From NCBI GenBank assembly GCA_963809945.1, contig CAWELS010000050.1, positions 54,471 through 118,470 on the forward strand: a stretch of DNA of 64,000 nt. The letters are read 5' to 3'. The DNA is from Bryobacterales bacterium (GTDB lineage: Bacteria > Acidobacteriota > Terriglobia > Bryobacterales > Bryobacteraceae). Under the pieces are notes generated by a model, which saw only the letters and a list, made by a program, of their open reading frames with translations, was not told where the DNA came from and made no database searches. Positions 29,406 to 39,930 of the stretch are shown here, piece by piece (position 1 is the first letter of the stretch; every line of letters begins with the position of its first letter). The position numbers and the translations under genes were made by a program.

Positions 29406-30102
29406 GATTCCCCTCGGCTCCGAGAATCGGGCTGTCCATCAGCCGGCACCGGAAGCCGAGCCCGGCGACCGCGTGTTCGACCTTCCGGCAGGCAGCCTCT
29501 TGCAGAGCCGGGTCGCGGACGATGCCGCCCTTGCCCACCTGACCGCGCCCGACCTCGAACTGGGGTTTCACGAGTATAACCATTTCACCAGCCTCGGTGA
29601 CGAGCGGCGGCAGATTGGGCAGGATCAACGTCACCGAAATGAAGCTGACGTCGCAGACGGCGAGGCTCACCGGCTCGCCGATGTCGTCGAACGTCAGATA
29701 GCGGGCGTTCAACTTCTCATGCAGCACGACGCGGGGGTCGGTCCGCAGCTTCCAGGCGATCTGCCCGGCGCCGGTATCGACGGCATGGACACGGGCGGCG
29801 CCGCGCTGCAGCAGACAGTCGGTGAAGCCGCCGGTGGAGGCGCCGACGTCGAGGCAGACGCGCCCCGACGGATCGATTTGGAAAGCATCGAGCGCGCCGG
29901 CGAGCTTCTGCCCGCCGCGGCTGACGTAGGGGAGCTGGCCGGTGATCTCGATGGGTGCATCGTCAGCCACCGATTGCCCGGCCTTCGAGGCCTTCTGCCG
30001 GTCAATGAAGACCTGCCCCGCGAGGATCAGCGCCTGCGCCTTCTCGCGTGACTCGGCCAGGCCGCGTTCGACCAGCAGCACGTCGATCCGCCGCTTCGCC
30101 AT
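29377..30102 (-). CDS. tlyA: TlyA-family rRNA (cytidine-2'-O)-methyltransferase
   Basis: S4-like N-terminus [29 protein letters not shown] motif LDVGASTGGFTDCLLQRGA. The ATG overlaps the ispA stop (TGATG). Confidence 0.85.
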   Translation of the reverse strand: MAKRRIDVLLVERGLAESREKAQALILAGQVFIDRQKASKAGQSVADDAPIEITGQLPYVSRGGQKLAGALDAFQIDPSGRVCLDVGASTGGFTDCLLQRGAARVHAVDTGAGQIAWKLRTDPRVVLHEKLNARYLTFDDIGEPVSLAVCDVSFISVTLILPNLPPLVTEAGEMVILVKPQFEVGRGQVGKGGIVRDPALQEAACRKVEHAVAGLGFRCRLMDSPILGAEGNREFLLYARR

Positions 30103-31013
30103 CAATTCTTCCGGTGGACGATCAGGTCGGCGAGTTCCCGCAGCCATCGGGCGCGGTCGCCGAAGGGGGCGAGGGCTTCATGGCAGGCGGCGAGCTCCCG
30201 TTCGGCCATCTGGTGAGAGCGTTCGAGTCCGTAGACGGCCGGAAAGGTGATCTTGTGCTGGGCGGCGTCCTTGCCCGCCGTTTTGCCGAGGGCGTCGGAA
30301 GATTGCTCGACGTCGAGCAGGTCGTCGACGATCTGGAAAGCGAGTCCGGCGTGCTCGCCGTAGCGGGAGAGGGCCTCAAATTCGTCGTCGCCGGCGCCCG
30401 CCCAGACCGCGCCCATGCGGACACTCGCCCGGAGCAGCGCGCCGGTCTTCGCCCGGTGGATGGTTTCGAGTAGTTGGGCCGTGGGCGGCTGCCCTTCCCC
30501 CTCGAGGTCATGCACCTGGCCGGCGATCATGCCGCCGACGGTGCCGGCCGCGGTGGCGAGCTCTTCCACCAGCCGGGTTTTCCGGCCCGAATCTACCGTG
30601 TCGAGGCGCGCGAGCACCTCGAAGGCCAGCGTCAGGAGTGAGTCCCCCGCCAGGATGGCCATCGCCTCGCCAAAGACCTTGTGCGAGGTCGGGCGGCCGC
30701 GGCGCAGGTCGTCGTTGTCGAGCGCCGGCAGGTCGTCGTGAATCAGGGAATAGGTGTGGATCAGCTCGAGCGAGCAGGCGGCATCCTCGACGCCGCGGGT
30801 CGCGTCGCTCACGGCGTCGGCGGCGGCCATACAGAGGATTGGCCGGATGCGCTTGCCGCCGGCAAAGAGGCTGTAGCGCATGGCGCGGTGGATCGTCTCG
30901 GGCGGCGTGGTCTCGACGGGCACCCCGCGGTCGAGCGCGGCATCCACCCGCTCGCGCTGGCGGGCAAGGTAGTCCTTGAGGGTCATCTCCGCTTCAGCGG
31001 TCTTCGGGGTCAA
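30102..31013 (-). CDS. ispA: Polyprenyl (farnesyl/geranylgeranyl) diphosphate synthase
   Basis: First DDxxD-type motif [17 protein letters not shown] and second motif FQIVDDLLD. The start may be the Met at 30986. Confidence 0.85.
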   Translation of the reverse strand: MTPKTAEAEMTLKDYLARQRERVDAALDRGVPVETTPPETIHRAMRYSLFAGGKRIRPILCMAAADAVSDATRGVEDAACSLELIHTYSLIHDDLPALDNDDLRRGRPTSHKVFGEAMAILAGDSLLTLAFEVLARLDTVDSGRKTRLVEELATAAGTVGGMIAGQVHDLEGEGQPPTAQLLETIHRAKTGALLRASVRMGAVWAGAGDDEFEALSRYGEHAGLAFQIVDDLLDVEQSSDALGKTAGKDAAQHKITFPAVYGLERSHQMAERELAACHEALAPFGDRARWLRELADLIVHRKN

Positions 31014-31239
31014 AGGGCTCCGGCTCCACGCGGTCGTTCTTCTTCAGGAGAATCTCGACCTTCTTTTCGGCCTCCTCCAACTGCTTGCGGCAGGCCTGGC
31101 TCAGCGCCATACCCTTCTCGAAGCGGTCGAGCGCCTGCTCGAGCGGCAGTTCACCGGACTCAAGTTCCTTAACCACGGCCTCCAGCTCGTTGAGGCCGTC
31201 TTCAAAGCTTTTGGCGGGCTTAGGCTCCTCCACGGACAT
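30994..31239 (-). CDS. xseB: Exodeoxyribonuclease VII small subunit
   Basis: 81 aa. [36 protein letters not shown]. Confidence 0.85.
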   Translation of the reverse strand: MSVEEPKPAKSFEDGLNELEAVVKELESGELPLEQALDRFEKGMALSQACRKQLEEAEKKVEILLKKNDRVEPEPFDPEDR

Positions 31240-31261
31240 CGCTCCATTCTATCCTAGGAGC

Positions 31262-32053
31262 TTGGCGGAGCGACTCCAAACAGCCCGGCGGATCGTCGAT
31301 CTCAGCGCTCCGCTCGACAACGACGCCGCCTGGGCGCCGTGGTGGGCGCGGAACAGCGTCAAGCGGCAGAGCCACTCCTTCGGCCGGCTCGCCATGCGGT
31401 TGCTGTTCGGCGTGGGACGCCGGCACCTGCGCGGCGGACTCGGCTGGGCCAACGACGAGGTCCGCCTGTCGACCCATGGGACGACGCACGTCGACGCGCC
31501 CTGGCACTACGCACCGACGTCGGAGGGCCGGCCGGCGCGGACCGTCGACCAACTGCCGCTCGAGTGGTTTCATGCGCCGGGTGTCGTGCTGGATATCCGA
31601 GGGCTCGATGCCGATGCCGCCGCTTCGGTGGCTGATCTCGAGTCGGCGCTACGGGCGTCCGGCCACGAGCTTGCACCGGGCGACATCGTGCTGCTCCGCA
31701 CCGACAACGACCGGCTGCTCGGCTCCCCCGACTACTTCCACACCGGCCCCGGCGTGAGCGCGGAGGCGACCCGCTGGCTGATCGAGGGCGGCGTCCGCGT
31801 CATGGGCATCGATTCCTGGGGATGGGACGCGCCGCTCCGCGTCCAGGCTCGTGAGGCCCGCCGTACCGGCCGCTCCGACGTCTTCTGGGCGGCCCACTAT
31901 GTCGGCGTTGACCGCGAGTACTGCCAGATCGAGCGACTGGCCAACCTCGAGGCCCTGCCGCCGACGGGGTTCACGGTTTGCGCTTTCCCGCTGAAGGTCG
32001 CCGGTGGATCGGCCGGCCCGGCGCGGGTGGTAGCTATACTCGATACGCCATGA
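31262..32053 (+). CDS. Cyclase-family protein (kynurenine-formamidase-like fold)
   Basis: Motif STHGTTHVDAPWHY and MGIDSWGWD. The start is uncertain; the TTG at 31262 was chosen because the upstream part of ORF 31085-32053 overlaps xseB in antisense. The stop overlaps the next ATG as ATGA. Confidence 0.65.
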   Translation: MAERLQTARRIVDLSAPLDNDAAWAPWWARNSVKRQSHSFGRLAMRLLFGVGRRHLRGGLGWANDEVRLSTHGTTHVDAPWHYAPTSEGRPARTVDQLPLEWFHAPGVVLDIRGLDADAAASVADLESALRASGHELAPGDIVLLRTDNDRLLGSPDYFHTGPGVSAEATRWLIEGGVRVMGIDSWGWDAPLRVQAREARRTGRSDVFWAAHYVGVDREYCQIERLANLEALPPTGFTVCAFPLKVAGGSAGPARVVAILDTP

Positions 32054-33042
32054 AGCTGGTCACGTTTCAGGAACCCGGTGCGCCCACGCCCCGGCTCGGA
32101 GTGCTCGTCCACCAGGACCGGGCAGTGCTCGACCTGAGCCATGCTTCCCGGGCCGTCGACGGTGAAGCCGCGCGGCACTTCGCCTCCATGCTGGCGCTAC
32201 TGCGCGGCGGGTCAACGGCGATCAGGCACGCAGTGATGCTCGCCGATATCGCCCGCGAGTACGGACGCTCGCTCGACACCGTCGCCCTGCTCGCCCCCGT
32301 CCCGCGACCGCGCTCCATCCGCGACTGTATGGCGTTCGAGCAGCACTTGGTCGGCGCCATGCGGACGGCAGTAAAGTGGCGCTTCCCGCCCGCCGTTTGG
32401 CTCGATACGGCCGTCCGCAAGCTTGGTGGGCGCGGCCTGATCCGTGCGCCTCAGGTGTGGCACGAGCGCCCCGTCTACTACAAGGGCAATCCGGCGTCGG
32501 TGGTGGGTCCGGAGGCGGACGTGCGCTGGCCCGCCTTCACGGAAAAACTCGACTACGAGCTGGAGTTCGGCGTGTATATCGGCCGCGAGGGCCGCGACAT
32601 TGCGGAACGCGACGCCGCCTCCTACATCGCCGGCTACACGATCTTCAACGACTTCTCGGCCCGCGACATCCAGTTCCGCGAGATGCAAGCGCGGCTCGGC
32701 CCAGCCAAGGGGAAGGACTTCGACACGGGCAACGTCATGGGTCCGTGGCTCGTGACGCCCGACGAGGTGCCGGACCCGTACGGCCTGGCCGCCACCGTCC
32801 GCGTCAATGGAGAGGAGTGGAGTCGCACGTCGACGGCGACCCTGCACTTCCCCTTTGAGCGAATCGTCTCCTACATTTCCCAGAGCGAGACGCTCCACCC
32901 GGGCGACTTCATCGGCGCCGGCACGCTCCCGCGCGGCTGCGGGCTGGAACTGGACCGCTGGATCAAGCCGGGCGATGTCGTGGAACTCGAGGTGGAGCGG
33001 CTGGGCGTGCTGCGCAACAAGGTGGTCCGCCGCGGCGGGTAG
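32050..33042 (+). CDS. Fumarylacetoacetate hydrolase (FAH) family protein
   Basis: MKLVTF...; DYELEFGVYIG; GYTIFNDFSARDIQ; KGKDFDTGNVMGPWLVTPDE; GDFIGAGT. Confidence 0.85.
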   Translation: MKLVTFQEPGAPTPRLGVLVHQDRAVLDLSHASRAVDGEAARHFASMLALLRGGSTAIRHAVMLADIAREYGRSLDTVALLAPVPRPRSIRDCMAFEQHLVGAMRTAVKWRFPPAVWLDTAVRKLGGRGLIRAPQVWHERPVYYKGNPASVVGPEADVRWPAFTEKLDYELEFGVYIGREGRDIAERDAASYIAGYTIFNDFSARDIQFREMQARLGPAKGKDFDTGNVMGPWLVTPDEVPDPYGLAATVRVNGEEWSRTSTATLHFPFERIVSYISQSETLHPGDFIGAGTLPRGCGLELDRWIKPGDVVELEVERLGVLRNKVVRRGG

Positions 33043-33076
33043 GTGCGCGGTTTCACAAGTGTGGATCGCAGGGTAG

Positions 33077-33121
33077 ACGGGCTGAAGCCCTTCGCAAGCT
33101 GAGCTGCCCCACGTCGATCGG
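33077..33121. repeat. Short dispersed repeat, family B copy 2
   Basis: GACGGGCTGAAGCCCTTCGCAAGCTGAGCTGCCCCAC aligns with 2027-2068. Confidence 0.6.
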
Positions 33122-33190
33122 AAACCGTGCCCTGAGCCACGTGAAATTTCGCCCCTCCGAATCTGATTCTCGCGGTAAGATGAAGGCACG

Positions 33191-33938
33191 ATGCTACACC
33201 GCTTTGTCATGATTGCCGCCGTCGCGGCTGGATTAACGGCGACTGCGGCCGCGGCCGACGACGCCACGTCCGCCTCGGGGTGGGTCTCCCTGTTCGACGG
33301 CCACTCGCTTGCCGGGCTGGCATATTGCAGCCGTACCGGCCGATGCCGATAAGGGGTTCTGGCACATCGAGGATGGCGTACGATCACCTGCGATTCGCTC
33401 GGTCACCCCGACCACAACTACTTCTGGCTCATGTCGGACGGCGAGTATGGCGACTTCGAATTGCGCCTCAAGGTGCGCGGCTTCCGCGACTCCCCCGGCA
33501 ACTCCGGCGTCCAGGTTCGCAGCCGGTACGATACGGCGGCCGGCTGGCTCGACGGTCCGCAAGTGGATATCCATCCACAGCAGGTGTTCCGCAACGGCCT
33601 GATCTACGATGAGACCGCGGGGCGCCAAGCGCTGGATCAATCCGTCGCTACCGAACGCGCAGATCACCCCGGAGCAGGCACCGCCGCCCGCGCCCTGGAA
33701 GTTCTCCGACGAGGGCGACGGCTGGAACGACATCCAGATCAAGTGCCTCGGGACGCGGATCACGACCGTCGTGAACGGCAAGACGGTCACCGACAAGGAT
33801 TTTGCCGGCCTCCTCGACGACGCCGACCATCGCCTCCACAATGTCGGCCTGTCCGGCCACATCGCGCTGCAACTCCACTTCCACGACGAGGTTCACATTC
33901 AGTACAAGGACATCGAGCTGCGTTCGCTGAACCAGTAG
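33191..33938 (+). pseudogene. Secreted DUF1080 (3-keto-disaccharide hydrolase-like) protein, two frameshifts
   Basis: Signal peptide MLHRFVMIAAVAAGLTATAAAA; WVSLFDGHSLAG; FWHIEDGV; NYFWLMSDGEYGDFELRLKVR; NSGVQVRS; WNDIQIKCLGTRITTVVNGKTV; GHIALQLH...IQYKDIEL. The fragments lie in ORFs 33309-33602, 33431-33952 and 33609-33938. Confidence 0.75.
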
Positions 33939-33943
33939 GCGCC

Positions 33944-34066
33944 CTCCGTTGAAAGTCACTCCTTCCCGGCGCTCGGTGGGGGACTGACTCCACTCCCTTC
34001 GGTCACGGCTCCAATAGGCCTGCCGCTTGGGTGTATAATCCCTCACGCCGGAGCCGCGAACAGGAT
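33944..34066. repeat. Repeat mosaic: family C copy 1 (CTCCGTTGAAAGTC, 33944-33957) plus family D copy 1 (33988-34066)
   Basis: The left arm CTCCACTCCCTTCGGTCACGGCTCCAA (33988-34014) differs at a single position from the 27-nt left arm at 43632-43658. The right arm is degenerate (CGGAGCCGCGAACAGG). The loop contains TGTATAAT (34032-34039), about 65 nt upstream of the CE15 ATG. Confidence 0.7.
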
Positions 34067-34103
34067 ATCCCGGCTGATTCAGGGCGTTTTCGAGGAGGAC
34101 CCC

Positions 34104-35552
34104 ATGCGGGCAGGAATCATTCGATGGCTGCCGAGCTTGATATTGCTGGCGTTGGTTGCCGGCCCTTCGGCAAGTTTGGCGTTTCAGGCGTCTGAGGCGA
34201 CGGCGGCGCAACGGGCACAACAGGCGATCGAGCGTGCCTCGGCGGCGGATCGGCAGGCGATGCTCGATCTACTGCACATCTCCGAACTCCGCCCGCCGGT
34301 GGACGCCATGAAGCCAGCGGGAGCGCCGGGCGCGGCGAACTACGACGAGTCCAAGGCGAATCCGTATCCCAACCTGCCGGACCCGCTGGTGCTGAACAAC
34401 GGCCAGAAGGTGACGAGCGCCGAGATGTGGTGGAAACGGCGCCGCCCGGAGATCGTCGAGGAATTCGACCGCGAGGTGTATGGCCGCGTTCCCCGGCTCA
34501 CGCCCTGGGTGGACTGGGAGGTGGTCAGCACGAAGCGGGAGACGAACCACGGCGTGCCCGTTGTCGCCAAGCGGCTGGTGGGCCATGTCGATAACTCCGC
34601 CTACCCGCTGATCAGCGTCGACATCCAACTGGAGCTGGTCACGCCGGCCAATGCATCCGGACCGGTACCGGTGATCATGGAGTTCGGCATGATCCGCGAC
34701 TCCCCGGAGTGGCAGCGGATGGTGGAGATGGCCAAGGCGCGCGGCTTTGAGCTCTCCGACGCATGGTTCTCGTGGCAGGGTCAGGTGCTCGAGAAGGGAT
34801 GGGGGTATGCGGTGCTCTCGCCCGCCAGCATCCAGGCCGACAACGGCGCCGGACTCACGGAAGGCATCATCGGGCTGGTCAACAAGGGACTCCGCCGCCA
34901 GCCGGACGACTGGGGTTCCCTGCGCGCCTGGGCTTGGGGCGCCAGCCGGGCGCTCGACTACTTCGAGACGGACGATGCCGTGGACGCCAAGAAGGTCGGG
35001 ATCGAAGGCGTCTCGCGCTACGGCAAGGCGACCATCGTCACCATGGCCTACGAACCGCGCTTCGCGATCGCCTTTGTCGGCTCGTCGGGCGAGGGCGGGG
35101 CGAAGCTCCACCGCCGCAATTTCGGCGAACTGGTGGAGAACGTCGCGGCGGTCAACGAGTATCATTGGATGGCCGGTAACTTCCTGAAGTACGCCGGCCC
35201 ACTTACCTGGGACGATCTGCCCGTGGACTCCCACGAGCTGGTCGCGATGTGCGCGCCGCGTCCGGTGTTCCTGAGCGCCGGCAATTCGATTAGCCCGGCG
35301 GTGGACATCAATAACTCGGACGCATGGGTCGATGCCCGGGGCACGTTCCTGGCCGGCGTCGGCGCGGGGCCGGTGTATGAGTTGCTCGGTAAGCGGGATC
35401 TCGGTACGAGCACGTTCCCGCGGATCGACACCGGACTGATGGACGGCGACCTCTCCTTCCGCCAGCACAGCAGCGGACACACGTCCGGGCCGAACTGGCC
35501 GGTGTTCCTGGAGTTTGCGGAGCGCTACCTTGGCTCGGGTGGCTCCCGGTAG
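34104..35552 (+). CDS. Carbohydrate esterase family 15 (glucuronoyl esterase-like)
   Basis: GAGGAGGA RBS and a signal peptide. CE15 nucleophile motif GVSRYGKA (canonical GCSRxGK). C-terminal RQHSSGHTSGPNWPVFLEF resembles the CE15 His region. Confidence 0.7.
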   Translation: MRAGIIRWLPSLILLALVAGPSASLAFQASEATAAQRAQQAIERASAADRQAMLDLLHISELRPPVDAMKPAGAPGAANYDESKANPYPNLPDPLVLNNGQKVTSAEMWWKRRRPEIVEEFDREVYGRVPRLTPWVDWEVVSTKRETNHGVPVVAKRLVGHVDNSAYPLISVDIQLELVTPANASGPVPVIMEFGMIRDSPEWQRMVEMAKARGFELSDAWFSWQGQVLEKGWGYAVLSPASIQADNGAGLTEGIIGLVNKGLRRQPDDWGSLRAWAWGASRALDYFETDDAVDAKKVGIEGVSRYGKATIVTMAYEPRFAIAFVGSSGEGGAKLHRRNFGELVENVAAVNEYHWMAGNFLKYAGPLTWDDLPVDSHELVAMCAPRPVFLSAGNSISPAVDINNSDAWVDARGTFLAGVGAGPVYELLGKRDLGTSTFPRIDTGLMDGDLSFRQHSSGHTSGPNWPVFLEFAERYLGSGGSR

Positions 35553-35674
35553 AGGGGCGCCATCGGTGACCCGTCCGGCCGCAAGGAAGTCGGTGGAGTT
35601 CGATCTATCCAACCGCGGGCAGTAGCGGCGGTCCGACCATCCGTCACCACTGCCCGCCAACGTTCCTCCGGTTG

Positions 35675-37074
35675 TTACTGCTCAACCGGCGCGACGGTGC
35701 TCACGAACGTGGTCACGCTGGCCGGCGCCAACGTCGCGCTTAACGTGCTATCCGCGAACTGAACTGCTGGTAGCGTCACCAGGTCTTCGTTCTCCGACGT
35801 CCGGCAGGGAACGGCCGACGCCGCTCCGGCACCCGCCAGTTTCAGTTCCAGCTTCTGTGGACCTTCGTTCTCGTTGATCGCAACCACCACCAGCTTGTGG
35901 GTCGCCTCGTCTTTGTACGCCGAGACCAGGACGCCGGGCGTCATCTGCCCGTCGACCTCTACCCGGAAGTAACCGGGCTTCACGAAGCGGCTGTAGTTGC
36001 CGATGGTGTACAGGCGCTTATCCACGGTGTAGGTCTTCTTGTCCATGTCCAGGTGGATCAGGCTGCCGCCGCCACCGTATTGGCTGATCGCCCACCAGTA
36101 GAGCCAGGCGTTGGCATGGTTTTCGGCGACGTGGGTGTGCAGGACCTTGGCCCAGTAGAGAGCGTCGCGGATACCGGGATCGTTCCGGCCCAGGTTGGCC
36201 ACTTCCGTCTGCCAGATCTTCTTCTTCAGCTCCAGGGTCCGAACAAGCGTGCCGGCGCGAACGGACACTGGCGCGAAGTTCGTGCGGGCACATTGCCGTA
36301 AGCGTGGACGCCAACGATATCGACACGCGGCGCAGTCTCCGGATCGTCTAGCGAGTCGAGGACCGGGTTCTCGGTCCAGGCGCTGTGTTCGCCCAGAATC
36401 AGCTTCGCGGTGATTTGATCCCGCTCGAACACCGGGATCAGCACCTTGAGGAACTCGTGGAACTCCGCGCGGTTCCAGTGGCAGGAGGAGTAGCTTCACA
36501 TTCGACGTCGGGCTCGTTGGCCGCGCGAGATGGCGTAGATATCGATGTCGTGATGCTCCTTGTAGCCACGGACGTACATCGAAAGATACTCGGCGAAGGC
36601 CTGGTACTTATCGGGCCGCAGCCGCCCGCCGACCACGTTGTTGTTGGTCTTCATCCACGCCGGCGGACTCCAGACCGTGCTCATGTAGCGGGTGCAGCCG
36701 CGCGCCGCCGCCTCGCGCATGAACCAGATCTCGTCCTCGTCGCCGGTCCAGTTCCAGGTGCCTTCTTCGGGCTCGATGGATGGCGAGGGACCATTCGTGC
36801 TCGATCCCCAGGAGCCGCCGTCGCCGACGAAGTTACGGACGATGGAGAGTCCGGCGCCCTTGGTATCGGAGAACAGGGCGTCCAGCACTTCGGCCCGTTG
36901 GGGATCGGGGAAGCCCATCAGATTGTCGGCCATGTGAAAGGCGGCCGAGGCTCCGAAGCCGTCGATCTCCTGGGCGGCCTTCGTCCAATCCACCGTGCCG
37001 GTGCTCTGGGCACGGGCGGCAGTGGCTAGCAGTAGAACCGCGGCCAGAGTGAGAAAGTCACGTTTCAAGTGCAT
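35675..37074 (-). pseudogene. Glycoside hydrolase family 30 (COG5520-type), at least 2 frameshifts
   Basis: Signal peptide; QEIDGFGASAAFHMA; WSPPAWMK; YAIS..NEP; VGVHAY; the C-terminal beta-sandwich in ORF 35675-36499. The fragments lie in ORFs 36496-37158, 36226-36444 and 35675-36499. Substrate not assignable. Confidence 0.65.
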
Positions 37075-37303
37075 AGGATGATCCTTTCGAGCAAGCGCTC
37101 CGGGGCTCCGAACCTCCCGGATCCGGCCATCTTCCGTCAACCTCGCGCGGTGCCGCAAAGCCGACTTGCGGGTCGATTATACACCCGGGCTCCGTGATGA
37201 CTCAGGCACAGAATCACTGCGCCGGCGTGGGGTCGGCCGGCCTTTTGCCCGACTGGCGAGGCGCGGATCATAAACCGGGACGGCGTCGCAGTACACTAGT
37301 CTG

Positions 37304-38242
37304 TTGGCTTCCGCTTCCTCCCGTCCACAACCGATCACTGGTCCGAGCGCCGCGATGGCGCTGATTGCCTGTGTGCTGTGGGGCGGGAACGTCGTCTCCC
37401 TGAAGCTGGGTCTCGAGGTCTTTCCGCCGTTCTGGAGCGCGTGGTGGCGGTTCGTATTGGGAGCGGTCGCGGTGGGCTTGTGGGCGCGGTCGCAGGGCAT
37501 CGACCTCCGTCCGAGCGGCGCCGCCGAATGGCGACGGCTGTTCACGCTGGGAATGCTCTTTGCCGGCCAGATCCTCCTGCTGAACTCCGGAACGGACTTT
37601 ACCTCACCCGCCTACGGAGTAGTCATCCTGAATTCCCACCCGATCTTCTCCAACCTGATCGGCCACTGGGTCGCCAGCGAGCAGCGGCTGAGCCGGATCC
37701 GCCTGTTCGGCCTGGCGATGGCCTTCGGCAGCGTCTGCTACCTGGCTGCCGGGCGTCCGGTGGAACGGCTGGCGACCAATCCGCTGCTCGGCAACGTCCT
37801 CCTGATCTCGAGCGCCCTGCTGCTTGGCACCCGGATGGTCTACACACGGCTGGTCGTCCAGGGGATCGAGCCGATCAAGACGGTGGTCTGGCAGATGGTG
37901 ATCGCGCTGCCGGTGTTCCTGGGGCTGGCGGTGCTCTTTGAACCTCCGGTGCTGGGCCCGGTGAGGGCGGCTCCGGTCCTAGCGATTGTCTATCAGGGTG
38001 TCGTGGTGGCGACCATCTGCTTTATCCTCTGGACCATCTTGCTGCGGAGACATTCGGCCGGCACGCTCGCGATGTTCACTTTCACGGTGCCGTTGTTTGG
38101 CATCCTCGGCAGCGCACTGATCTTCGACGAGCCGATCACGGGCCGGATCCTGGTCGCCACGGCGCTGGTGATGGCCGGCATCGCGCTGGTGGTGCGGTCG
38201 TCGAACACGCCGGCCGAAGAGGCGCTTCCCGCGTCGGAATAA
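37304..38242 (+). CDS. EamA/DMT-family transporter
   Basis: Ten hydrophobic helices in two EamA-like halves. The start is either the TTG at 37304 or the ATG at 37355. Confidence 0.75.
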   Translation: MASASSRPQPITGPSAAMALIACVLWGGNVVSLKLGLEVFPPFWSAWWRFVLGAVAVGLWARSQGIDLRPSGAAEWRRLFTLGMLFAGQILLLNSGTDFTSPAYGVVILNSHPIFSNLIGHWVASEQRLSRIRLFGLAMAFGSVCYLAAGRPVERLATNPLLGNVLLISSALLLGTRMVYTRLVVQGIEPIKTVVWQMVIALPVFLGLAVLFEPPVLGPVRAAPVLAIVYQGVVVATICFILWTILLRRHSAGTLAMFTFTVPLFGILGSALIFDEPITGRILVATALVMAGIALVVRSSNTPAEEALPASE

Positions 38243-38401
38243 CAGCGCTAGTTAGACCGGCCGGCGGTATAATTAGAGTAGATGCGGTGTCCGGCTACAG
38301 CTCGACCGTTTCTGTTTGGCTGCGACTAACTCCCCGGCCAGCCTTTCTCCCTCTGCGTTTTTGGCCTTCGTTTGACAACTCCCAACCAGGAGGAATCTGC
38401 C

Positions 38402-39761
38402 ATGAGCCATCCGACGGCGGACATTCGTCACGATCTTCCGGCGCTCAAGACCGCTCTGCCCGGCCCGCGCGCCCAGTCCATCATCGAACGCGACAAACGC
38501 GTTATGTCGCCCTCCTACACCCGTTCCTACCCGTTGGTGGCTGCGCGCGGGGAAGGAGCGATCGTCGAGGACGTCGACGGCAACCGCTTCCTCGATTTCA
38601 ACGCCGGCATCGCCGTCTGCGCCACCGGCCACTGCCACCCCAGGGTGGTCCGCGCCATCCAGGACCAGGCTGCCCGCCTGATCCACATGTCGGGGACGGA
38701 TTTCTACTACGAAAACATGGTCACGCTGGCCGAGAAGCTGGCGGACCTGGCGCCGGGCGACGTCCCGCGGCGCGTCTACTTCGGCAACTCCGGAGCCGAA
38801 GCCGTTGAGTCAGCCATAAAGATGGCCCGATATCACACGGGCCGCGACAAGTTCATCGCTTTTTTCGGGGCCTTCCATGGCCGTACCATGGGCGCGCTGG
38901 CGCTGACGGGATCGAAAAGCGTGCAGAAAGAAGGGCTTCAGTCCGCTGATGCCGGGCGTCACGCACATCCCCTACGCCAACTGCTATCGCTGCGCCTACG
39001 GGAAGCAGCCGGAGACTTGCGGGGTGGAGTGCGTTCGGGTCATCGAGGACCAGCTCATCCGGACGATCCTGCCGGCCGATGAGATCGCCGGCATCTTCGT
39101 CGAGCCGATTCAGGGCGAGGGCGGCTATGTCGTCCCGCCGCAGAAGTTCCATGACGAGTTGGCGCGGGTAGCTAAGAAGTACGGCATCCTGCTCATTTAC
39201 GACGAGGTGCAGGCCGGCATGGGGCGCACGGGCCGCTTCTTCGCTTCCGAGCATTTCGGCGCGACCCCCGACATTCTGACCGTGGCCAAGGGGATCGCGA
39301 GCGGCATGCCGCTGTCGGCGACCATCGCCCGCGCGGACCTCATGCAGTGGCCGCCGGGCGCCCATGCGTCGACCTTCGGCGGCAATCCGGTGTCGGTGGC
39401 GGCGTCACTGGCTACGGTCGAGCTGCTCGAGGAGGAACTGGTCGACAACGCCGCCCGCATCGGCGCTCATATGAAGGACCGCATGCGCGAATGGCCGGCG
39501 CGCTACCCGTGTGTCGGCGACGTCCGCGGCCTCGGCTTGATGATCGGCATCGAGATTGTCAGCGACCCCGAGACGCGCGAGTACCATCCGGACCTACGCA
39601 ACCGGATCGTCGAGATGGCGTTCGAGCGAGGTGTGCTGCTACTCGGCGCCGGCCCGAGCACGATCCGCCTATCGCCACCGCTCACGATCACCCGCGACCA
39701 GGCCGACTTCGCGATCGACACGATCGAGGCGTGCATCCGGGAATCGATGACCAGCAGATAA
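38402..39761 (+). pseudogene. Class III PLP aminotransferase (GabT/ArgD-like), single frameshift at 38927-38932
   Basis: AGGAGG RBS; DFNAGIAVCATGHCHP; FGNSGAEAVESAIK; then in ORF 38949-39761 FVEPIQGEGGY, IYDEVQAGMGRTG, LTVAKGIASG. Removing one A from CAGAAAGAAGGGC gives SVQKKGFSPLMPG and joins the frames. Confidence 0.85.
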
Positions 39762-39765
39762 CAGG

Positions 39766-39930
39766 TTGGTCGGTGGCTCGTGGCTGGTGGCTGGTGGCTT
39801 CAGATGGTGGCAAGAGGTGCCACCACGGCTCGGGCCGGATTCACGTTTCGCGCCGGTCGAGCGACTTTCACCGAAGCAGTTATCCTACCGCCTGCTCCAA
39901 CCCACGGCCACCGACCACCAGCCACCCGCC
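39766..39930. repeat. Inverted arrays of GGTGGCT-type heptads flanking a 7-bp-stem hairpin
   Basis: Left arm GGTCGGTGGCTCGTGGCTGGTGGCTGGTGGCT (39768-39799). The right arm CCACGGCCACCGACCACCAGCCACCC (39902-39927) is its imperfect reverse complement. Central hairpin GGTGGCA-AGAGG-TGCCACC at 39806-39824, just after the aminotransferase stop. Confidence 0.55.

Noticed and set aside
39766-39930. N-terminal extension of the methyltransferase (MVGGSWLVAGGFRWWQEV...)
   Set aside because: The extension is encoded by the heptad inverted repeat and begins 4 nt after the previous stop. The SAM-binding motif starts right after GTG 39931/39946.
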